Under the pieces are notes generated by a model. The model did no database searches. It was not told where the DNA came from and was given only the letters and a program-made list of their open reading frames with translations. From the NCBI GenBank assembly GCA_052279835.1, contig CP181291.1, positions 2,496,001 through 2,560,000 on the forward strand: a stretch of 64,000 nt of DNA, given 5' to 3'. The stretch's first letter is position 1; every line of letters begins with the position of its first letter. This DNA is from Microcoleus sp. (lineage in GTDB: Bacteria; Cyanobacteriota; Cyanobacteriia; Cyanobacteriales; Microcoleaceae). Made by a program: the position numbers and the translations under genes. Positions 50,129 to 58,700 of the stretch are shown here, piece after piece.

Positions 50129-50243
50129 AGAGCGATCGCCAAAATAACTTTCCGGGCGATCGACTAGCTTTTTGCTGTAATGTTTTTTAGTATTTAAGCA
50201 AGTCAACTGCGTGACCGCGACGAAATTTTGAGGTAACATCACT

Positions 50244-51563
50244 TTGATATTGCTAACCCTGCTGATTTTTTCCCTAATTGTCAGTACAGCCTACACTAAG
50301 AATTTACGCCGATCGGTCGAAAATGCACCTCGAACGGGTAAAAGTCCGGCTCAGCAGTCAGCACCCTCTACTGCTCAGTTCCCTAAATTTTCTGTAATCG
50401 TACCAGCATACAACGAAGCCGAGAATATTCGGGATTGCGCGATCGCCATTTTGGAGAGTACACGGCTGTCTGTGGACAACCTAGAAGTTTTGATTGTAGA
50501 CGATCGCTCCACAGACGACACACTGGCGATCGCCCAAACTCTCCAACAGCAACTTAATGACCCCCGCCTCAAAATACTAGCAGGTCAGCCCCGACCGGCC
50601 AACCAATATTGGGCGGGCAAAAACTGGGCCTGCGCCCAAGCTGTCGAGGTAGCAACGGGAGATTTCTTATTATTTATCGATGCTGATGTCCGACTCAAAC
50701 CCCAGGCGATCGAAACCGCCCTGGAAACCGTAGAAACCGAAAAAATTGACCTACTAACCTGTATGCCCGCCCTGGTTTGTGAGTGTTTCGCCGAATGGTT
50801 AGTCCAGCCCTTAATGTTCAATCACCTAGCAGTTTGCTTCGACTTTACCGCCGTCAACGATCCGAAAGTAGACAGTGCTTTTGCCGCTGGACCATTCATG
50901 CTATTTAGGCGATCGGCCTACGAAAAAATCGGCGGTCACGAAGCAGTTGCTGGCGAAATTGTCGAAGATGTAGAATTATCCAGACGCATCAAACGTGCGG
51001 GTTTAAAGCTAGGACTTTATGCAGGGTCAAATTTGGCATTTGTGCGGATGTATCGGTCTTGGAGCGCCTTGTGGGAAGGCTGGACAAAGAATTTGTATCT
51101 GGGTGCTAACCGCAGTTGGGGAATGATGGTTTATATGGCAGCAATTATGTTATTTCTCTATCCAATTCCCTGGATCGGATTATTCATTATTGTCAAAGAT
51201 CTAATTTCCTTCTTCCTTCTTCCTTCTTCCTTCTTCCTTCCCCCCTTGGGGGGGGCAGGGGGGGGTTCTTCTTCCTTCTTCCTTCTTCCTTCTTCCTTCT
51301 TCCTTCCCCCCTTGGGGGGGGCAGGGGGGGGTTCTTCTTCCTTCTTCCTTCTTCCTTCTTTCCTGTTAGCAATAATCGTAATTTGGCAACAGTATACTTT
51401 GCGAGAGTTGGGTTCCCAGATTTCCGAATGCCCAACGAAATACTGGTGGTTGGGAGGTTTGGGAGGAACCTTAATTGCGGCGATCGCGATCGGTTCTGCA
51501 ATTAAAACCGAAACTGGTTGGGGATGGACTTGGCGAGGTAGACCATTACAAATTAAGAGTTAA
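50244..51563 (+). CDS. GT2 glycosyltransferase (CrtQ/HpnB-like) with an in-frame repeat insert
   Basis: VIVPAYNE, VDDRSTD, WAGKNWA, FIDAD, EDVEL, RMY...WEGWTKN. Confidence 0.88.
   Translation: MILLTLLIFSLIVSTAYTKNLRRSVENAPRTGKSPAQQSAPSTAQFPKFSVIVPAYNEAENIRDCAIAILESTRLSVDNLEVLIVDDRSTDDTLAIAQTLQQQLNDPRLKILAGQPRPANQYWAGKNWACAQAVEVATGDFLLFIDADVRLKPQAIETALETVETEKIDLLTCMPALVCECFAEWLVQPLMFNHLAVCFDFTAVNDPKVDSAFAAGPFMLFRRSAYEKIGGHEAVAGEIVEDVELSRRIKRAGLKLGLYAGSNLAFVRMYRSWSALWEGWTKNLYLGANRSWGMMVYMAAIMLFLYPIPWIGLFIIVKDLISFFLLPSSFFLPPLGGAGGGSSSFFLLPSSFFLPPLGGAGGGSSSFFLLPSFLLAIIVIWQQYTLRELGSQISECPTKYWWLGGLGGTLIAAIAIGSAIKTETGWGWTWRGRPLQIKS
51206..51362 (+). repeat. 66-bp tandem unit (TTCTTCC heptamers plus C6-TT-G8-CA-G8) inside the glycosyltransferase
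   Basis: Encodes FFLLPSSFFLPPLGGAGGGSSS twice plus a partial unit. Confidence 0.9.
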
Positions 51564-51599
51564 TAGCGAAATTAAAATCCTTCGTGACCACCGATAAAT

Positions 51600-51636
51600 A
51601 TGATTTTTATGAAGTCCAAGTCATGATTTTTATGAA
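51600..51636 (+). promoter_or_regulatory. 14-bp direct repeat ATGATTTTTATGAA x2 upstream of the metalloprotease
   Basis: Copies at 51600-51613 and 51623-51636, 23-bp period. Confidence 0.45.
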
Positions 51637-51704
51637 TTGACTCCATCTGTGCTGATTGGATAACATTAATAAATATCCTCTGGTCTCGAATAGGAAGCAA
51701 GCTC

Positions 51705-53276
51705 ATGTCAGTTTACACTCTGAGCGATTTAACTAATAACAATTCAGATTTGTTGCAACGTGCTTCAAAACATAGCTGTCCCATCTGTGACAGCCGCCCT
51801 GAAACCTCAGATGCCAGCGCCGAGCGATCGGCATCTCAAGCTTTCACCTTCAGCAACTCTAACGATATCGATGCTCTGCTCGACAGCAGCATCATCAACC
51901 CCCAACAGCCAGCAAAATGGAACGTTGCTCCCGGTGGCACCCTCACCTACAGTTTTGTGACTCCTGAGAGCGCGAAAAGTTATTTTGCATCTACCAGCGA
52001 AACTAATATTCAGGAAGTTAACGATCGCATCAAACAGAATGTCCGCCAAATCTTGCGGGACAATTACGCCACAGTCTTGCCACTCAACTTTGTAGAAGTT
52101 CCAGACTCCGCCCAAAGCAACATCAGAATTATGTTTTCCGACGGGCCGGGTACTGAGGGCTATGCCTACGGTTATCGTCCGGGTTTGTTGCGCGGTGGCG
52201 CCATCCACCTTCAAAAGCTCTATGAAAACGATCCGGAAACAGCTTTTTCCACAGGCCCCGGCAGTTACGGCTACTATACTTTAATTCATGAAATCGGTCA
52301 CGCCATGGGTTTAAAGCACCCCGGCAACTACAACTTCGGCAGCAATGGAACAGCAAACTCCGCAGACCCTCCCTATCTTCCATTGGACAAGGACAACACC
52401 AGAAATACGATCATGTCCTACAATGCCGCATATAAAACATTTAACGACCCCAACGCCGAAAATCCCCGGAGTTTGATGCCTTATGACATTCGGGCCTTGC
52501 AGTATCTCTACGGCACCCGCAGCGACTGGAACGGCGGCGATAATGTTTACAAATTTGACAGCAGTAATTTTAATACCGTTCAAACTATCTGGGACGGCGG
52601 TGGTAGTGATACTTTGGACTTTTCGGCACTGCCTGCCAACGATGTTTATCGTTTGGACATGAATCAGGGTAAGTCGCTAACAGCAAAAAGCGCTTTGGGA
52701 GATCTCAACTACTATTTAGAACCTTCGCAGTTGCCACCAGGTGCCGATCCCGATCGCTTTTACTGGACTGAAAACTTTGGCACCTACATTGCTTTTGGCG
52801 CCAATATCGAAAATCTGGTGGGTTCGCCGGCAAATGACGAGGCAGTGGGAAACGAATTAGCTAACAATATTCTAGGCGGTGCGGGGGACGACACGATTAC
52901 TGGGCTGCGACAAAACGATACTTTGGATGGTGGCGAAGGCAATGACTATGTTTTGGGCAACAAAGGCAGCGATGTGTTAACTGGTGGGGGCGGTGACGAT
53001 GTGCTCTGGGGCGGTCAGGGGAACGATACGATTATCAGTGGTTTCGGTCGCGATCGCATTGTGTTACAGCCGGATGGGGGTACAGATACAATTCTTGATT
53101 TTGTCGATGGTTTTGACTACCTGGCGTTGGTTCAAGGTTTGAAATTCGAGCAACTGTCGATCGTACCTTCAGCTAATGGTACTGAAATTAAGCTCGGTAG
53201 CACCGGACAAGTCTTGGTCGAGTTGCCCGGAACTCCCATAAGTGCGATCGGGAAATTTGATTTTTTAGTTACTTAA
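51705..53276 (+). CDS. Serralysin-like M10 metalloprotease with RTX repeats
   Basis: HEIGHAMGLKH, Met-turn TIMSY, TIWDGGGSDT, GGxGxD repeats. Confidence 0.9.
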   Translation: MSVYTLSDLTNNNSDLLQRASKHSCPICDSRPETSDASAERSASQAFTFSNSNDIDALLDSSIINPQQPAKWNVAPGGTLTYSFVTPESAKSYFASTSETNIQEVNDRIKQNVRQILRDNYATVLPLNFVEVPDSAQSNIRIMFSDGPGTEGYAYGYRPGLLRGGAIHLQKLYENDPETAFSTGPGSYGYYTLIHEIGHAMGLKHPGNYNFGSNGTANSADPPYLPLDKDNTRNTIMSYNAAYKTFNDPNAENPRSLMPYDIRALQYLYGTRSDWNGGDNVYKFDSSNFNTVQTIWDGGGSDTLDFSALPANDVYRLDMNQGKSLTAKSALGDLNYYLEPSQLPPGADPDRFYWTENFGTYIAFGANIENLVGSPANDEAVGNELANNILGGAGDDTITGLRQNDTLDGGEGNDYVLGNKGSDVLTGGGGDDVLWGGQGNDTIISGFGRDRIVLQPDGGTDTILDFVDGFDYLALVQGLKFEQLSIVPSANGTEIKLGSTGQVLVELPGTPISAIGKFDFLVT

Positions 53277-53335
53277 ACTATGTTTTTTTGAGCCCCGCTG
53301 CTGGCAAAAATCGGAGCTCTAAGTACGCTGTTTTT

Positions 53336-55609
53336 TTACCCTGCTGCATAAACAAAAGCAGGTACACGCTTATAAGCAGGCGTGCCCGATCGCTTTTCAA
53401 TCTCCGGGTGGAAAATCACATTAACTTCAGGATAAAACATCAAAGCAGCACCCACACGCACCGCCCCATAAATCACCTCAACATTCTCCATTTTTCCCAC
53501 ATTTCCCTGCACCGTAACCCGCTGATGTTCTTGCAAACCAGCACTTTTTGCATCGGCCGGATTCATCAAAATGCAATTCCGGTGTGGCATTCCCCGATAC
53601 TTGTCATCAATTTTGTAAACGACAGTATTATGCTGAGAATAGCTGCGCCCCGTCATCAATGCCACAACGATACCCCGCACTGATGGTGATACTCCAAACT
53701 CTTGGGCTTCCGGTAGTTTCAGATGGGGTAAAGGCGTGATAAACATCTTCGCTTTACCAGACTCTGTAGGGAATTTAGGTTCGGTAAAAATGCGACCGCC
53801 GATGGTAAATTCCTCTTTAGTTTCATCAATCTCTCCAATTTTTTCATAGCCAGGAATAGTTTGAGCAATCAATTTTCTCACATATTTTGTGTCCTGAAGT
53901 TTTCGCCAATCTACGGGATAAGTCCCGTGAATTCTGCTAGCTAATTCTGTTAAAAATGTCACTTCAGGAATCAAATCAGCATCAGTGAGATGAGTTTTAC
54001 CCTCATCATTGAAGCGCACAAAATTATTCCCAGATTCCACAGTGGTTTTGTGAGGATTTTCAAATCTATTTAAAACCGGAATCACAATTGTATTGTGTTT
54101 AGCCAATCCGTTAAAATGCCCTAAATTGGGTTTAGTGGCGAGGTAAATAATAGTTTCAATTTTACCTAACGCGCGTTTTGCTTGAGTAGAATCTGGATTA
54201 GCCCCATACAAATTACCGCCCAGACAAATCAGCGTATCGACTTTCCCTGCATCTGCTGCTTCAATGAGCGATCGCGTTTCGTAGCCCTTAACGCGGCTTA
54301 GGGGACGATCCAACAATTTTTCTAAAGCTTCTTGGATTTCTTTTTTCAGCTTCACAGTTACGCCCATAGAGCCAAATCCTTGGACGTTTGAATGTCCCCT
54401 CACCGGCATTAAGCCCGCCCCTTCTTTACCGACATTTCCGGTCATTAAGGCAGTATTGGCAATACTGAAAACATTATCTACACCGTTCTCATGTTGGGTA
54501 ATTCCCATCGCCCAACCAAAGACAACTCGCTTGGAACTACCGATAATTTTGGCCGTGGCTTCAATTTCAGCGCGGGAAATTCCACAAGTTTCAGTAATCG
54601 TTTCCCAAGTAGTTTCGCGGGCTTGTTGTACTACTGCTTCCCATTCTTCTGTGTGGGCTTTTAAATACTTTTCATCTAGCAAGCCTTGTTCGATAACAGA
54701 CTTTTGAATACCGACAAATAGGGCTGTATCGCTACCGGGAATTGGTTGCAAGTATAGGGAAGAAATATCGGAACCAGGAATCAGTGACTTGACAGGAAAT
54801 GCGGGAGAACCAAACTTGACTAACCCAATTTCCATCATGGGGTTAATCACAATTATTTTACCGCCTTTGTCACGGATTTTAATCAACTCGTTCATCAAGC
54901 GGGGATGATTGTAAGCAGAATTAGCACCTGCAAGTACCACGCAATCTGCTTGTTTCAAATTTTCTAGACTCACCACCGAAGTGCGGGTACCAAACATTTC
55001 GTTTAACCCGGTGGTTGAAGGAGCATGACACAGATCGGAACAATCTGCTAAATTGTTAGAACCTAGCGATCGCATCATCAATTGCAGCAAAAAAGCCGCC
55101 TCATTGGACGAGCGACCAGAACTATAAGATGCCACTCGTTCCGGGATTTTTCGCAAACCATCGGCAGCAATCTCATAAACCTCTTGCCAAGAAATGCGAT
55201 CGTAATGAGACTTTCCCGCCCGCAAAATCATCGGAAAACCAAGCCTTCCCAGCCTGTCAGCTTCCATGGAAGTTAATTGTTGAAGTTGGGAAATACTCTG
55301 GTTTGCAAAGAAGTGACTGGAGACAGCAGGTTTAATTTCTGCTGAAATTGCTTCCACACTTTTCATACAGCGCTGAAGTTTTTCACCCTCTTCGTTGGTA
55401 AAGCCTCCTTTCTGGCCACCCGTGCCCCAAGAACAAGACAAACACGCGCTTTTATGCAGCAAAGTTTTCCAAAGTTTTGGGCCTTCCGGTGACAAGGTAT
55501 GTTCTGCCCAAAACTCAATTACCGGCAAACCGCCACCTATCTCTGGCGTTTCCTGATTTTTCTCGTTGAATGGCGGAACTGGTTGGACATTTTGTGAGTT
55601 GGTGTCCAT
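53336..55609 (-). CDS. FdhF/YdeP-family molybdopterin oxidoreductase
   Basis: CLSCSW, YSSGRSSNEA, NNLADCSDLCH, RGHSNVQG, GRSYSQHNT. Confidence 0.88.
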   Translation of the reverse strand: MDTNSQNVQPVPPFNEKNQETPEIGGGLPVIEFWAEHTLSPEGPKLWKTLLHKSACLSCSWGTGGQKGGFTNEEGEKLQRCMKSVEAISAEIKPAVSSHFFANQSISQLQQLTSMEADRLGRLGFPMILRAGKSHYDRISWQEVYEIAADGLRKIPERVASYSSGRSSNEAAFLLQLMMRSLGSNNLADCSDLCHAPSTTGLNEMFGTRTSVVSLENLKQADCVVLAGANSAYNHPRLMNELIKIRDKGGKIIVINPMMEIGLVKFGSPAFPVKSLIPGSDISSLYLQPIPGSDTALFVGIQKSVIEQGLLDEKYLKAHTEEWEAVVQQARETTWETITETCGISRAEIEATAKIIGSSKRVVFGWAMGITQHENGVDNVFSIANTALMTGNVGKEGAGLMPVRGHSNVQGFGSMGVTVKLKKEIQEALEKLLDRPLSRVKGYETRSLIEAADAGKVDTLICLGGNLYGANPDSTQAKRALGKIETIIYLATKPNLGHFNGLAKHNTIVIPVLNRFENPHKTTVESGNNFVRFNDEGKTHLTDADLIPEVTFLTELASRIHGTYPVDWRKLQDTKYVRKLIAQTIPGYEKIGEIDETKEEFTIGGRIFTEPKFPTESGKAKMFITPLPHLKLPEAQEFGVSPSVRGIVVALMTGRSYSQHNTVVYKIDDKYRGMPHRNCILMNPADAKSAGLQEHQRVTVQGNVGKMENVEVIYGAVRVGAALMFYPEVNVIFHPEIEKRSGTPAYKRVPAFVYAAG

Positions 55610-55772
55610 CGGGCTTACCTCGCTGTTGAATTGACTACTGGAATTTTACCGTAAATTTATTACTAGAAAGATTAGCCAATAGATAGATTTATGAGAACTG
55701 TGTTCGGTTCCTAAATTTCTTACTAATAACCATCACAGCTTTATAGTGACAACTAAATTTCTATCAGTAATT

Positions 55773-58700
55773 TTACTTATTTCCCTGATTTAAACCCTGA
55801 TTCCCCAACCCAACACAAAGCTTTTTATCGCCCTCAGTCACATTTTGATTGTTCTTCAAATAATCGCCCAACCAATCACAAGTTTTAGCAACTATCTGAT
55901 TCAATTCTAAATTCTCCACCGGCCACAGCACCACATTTCTATCCATCGCAAAAGCCAGAGTCTTACTATCAGAACTAAAAGTAACGCTAAACATCCGATA
56001 GCTAGATTCCAAAGTCTTAGATAGCGTCGCCTTCCGACCATCAAAATTCCATAATTTAAGAGTATTGCCCGCACCAGCCGCCATTAACTTCCCGTCCGGG
56101 CTGAAACTCACATTTTCCACACTATCGCTGTGGTTATATTTTTCGGATAAAACTGCTTTTTTCCCATCAAAATTCCACAAGTAAACTTTTTGGTCAGCAC
56201 AACCCGTAGCTATGGTTTTTCCATCAGGACTGAAAGTAACATCCTTAACACTATTGTCGTGGTCGAGAGTAGTCAGCAATTTGGCCGACATACCATTAAT
56301 TTGCCACAGGTAAACTTTCTTGGTTGCTGCAACTTTTAAAGGATTTTTTTTGGGTTCTGGCTTGTCGTTTGTCAGCGCAGCAATGGTTTTACCGTCGGGA
56401 CTGAAACTTACTCTCACTACCTGATTCATGTGGTCTAGTTTGGCGATCGCAGTTGCCCGACCATTCTGCCAACGCCAAAGGTACAATTTATTATCATCGC
56501 TTCCCGTGGCAATTATTTTGCCATCCGGACTAAAACTCACGCTGTTAACAATATCGCCGTGTGGGAGAGTATCTAACAGTTTCCCGTCTATACTCCATAC
56601 TTTCACTGTTTTGTCATCGCTGGCAGAAGCAATGGTGCGATTGTCCGGCGCAATACTCACCCCATTAACAGAATTTTCGTGACCTACTAAGCTTCTCAAC
56701 AAACTACCATTAGCCAGCCAAAGTTTCACAGTTTTGTCTCTGCTAGCAGAAGCAATTATTTTGCCATCTGAACTCAAACTAACTTTATTCACCCAGTCAC
56801 CGTGCCCAGCCAAAATTTGATTCAAAGGAGTATTGTTCGGTTTCCAACTTTTAACCATTTGGTCTTTGCTTGCCGAAACAATAGTGCCATCGCGACTGAA
56901 AGTTACTGCCCTCACGTCATCTTGATGTCCTCGAAAAGTGTTCAGCAAAGTGCCGGTACGACTCCAAACTTTCAGAGTGTTATCCGCACTGCCACTGACA
57001 ATCTTGTTGCCATCGCGACTAAAACTCGCACTCACCACTTCTTCGTTGTGTCCTTTAATTGTCTTAATTTCCTTTCCTTCTCGATTCCAAATTTTGACTG
57101 TGGTGTCCGCACTTGCCGAGACTATTTCTTTACCGTTGGGACTAAAATTGACACTGTAAACAATGTCAGAATGCTTATTTAAATTTTTGGGTATAGTTTT
57201 AAATTTATCGCTTTTACCTTCTTTGTCCCAAAGTTTGATAGTTTTGTCCGCACTTGCGGAAGCAATTGTTTCGCCGTCGGGACTAAATCTGACACCAAGT
57301 ACCAAGTCTTTGTGTCCGGTTAAAGTTTGTAGCAATTTTTTGCTGGGGATGTTCCAGATTTTGATAGTATTGTCGTAACTACCGGAAGCGATGGTTTTGC
57401 CGTCGGGACTGAAACTGACGCTGGTAACTATATCTTTGTGACCTTCTAAAGTGGCCATGGGCTTTTTATTATTATCTAACTGCCAAATTCTAATTTTGCC
57501 ATCGCCACAACCAGTAGCAATGGTTTTGCCATCGGGACTAAAAGTAACACTCGTGACACCATCGCTGTGATTAAAAGTATTTAATAACTTACCTTCTTTG
57601 CTCCACAATTTAACAGTTTTGTCCGCACTTGCCGAAGCAACTTTATTGCCATCAGGACTGACACTCACATCCAAAACAAAGTTGGTGTGCTGCTCAAAAC
57701 TATTGTATTCTTGCACCCCAGAAACTGCTCGTCTGAGTCTTTCTGCAATCTGGTTTTTAGTATCCAGAGGTAAGGCTGTACTATTGACAGAATCTTTGGC
57801 AATCTTCACACTGGTTTCCAAGATTCCCATTTGGTCTTTTTCATTAGAAAGCACGAGAGCACGGGAACCCGAATCTAGGGCATCAGTGCGAGCTTTTTCA
57901 GCCTGTTGTCGCGCTTCGTCTCCTACTTTTGTTTGATACAGTGCTACACCAGAAAGACCAGTCAATCCTACCACTCCCAGCACTGCTAATCGCAGTTGCC
58001 ATTTGCGATTTTCGTAGAGTTTAGCTTCAGCTTCATGCTGTTTTTCTTTAGCTTGGCGCTGTTTGTCTCTGGATTCTGAAAGCAGGGCATTTAGTTCTTT
58101 TTCCTTGCGGAGTTGTTCGATGACATCTCTATTAATTTTGTGTTGTTTTCGTAGTTCCTCAAATTCAGCTTTTTTATCTAATTCCTGCTGCTGGCGGATG
58201 AAACCAACTAGATAGTCGTGAACTAGCTGATAAAGCTCGGCTGGCAGTTCTGTCCAACGAAAAATTAAACCAGATTTTACCAACAATTCTAAGACTAAAT
58301 CTAATTTATCAGCTTCTTCAAAGGTGGCTAAATCTAAGGCTAGTTCGGCACGAGTTTTCAGAGGACGGATATCATCTTCATCCGTCAGCAAGTACAAAAC
58401 TCTACGGGCTGCTCCTTCATTTTCTGGACCACAGTCTTGGATGACTTCTTCGAGAAATCTGGCTACTAATTTTTGTTTAGGATTATTGCCTAGTTCCTGA
58501 TATTGAGTGAAGGTGGTAATGTCATCTTGTTGCAGTTGAGCACCGACAACTTGTAGTTCTATGGGGCGAACTTCTCCCAAATTTCCTGCTAAATCTTTGA
58601 CCAATTCTTTGATTAATCTCGCTTCCAAATAAAACTGAGAACGTTGAGTTAAACTCTGAATAATCGCAGTAGCATCCGCTACCGAAAAATTGCCTAGATA

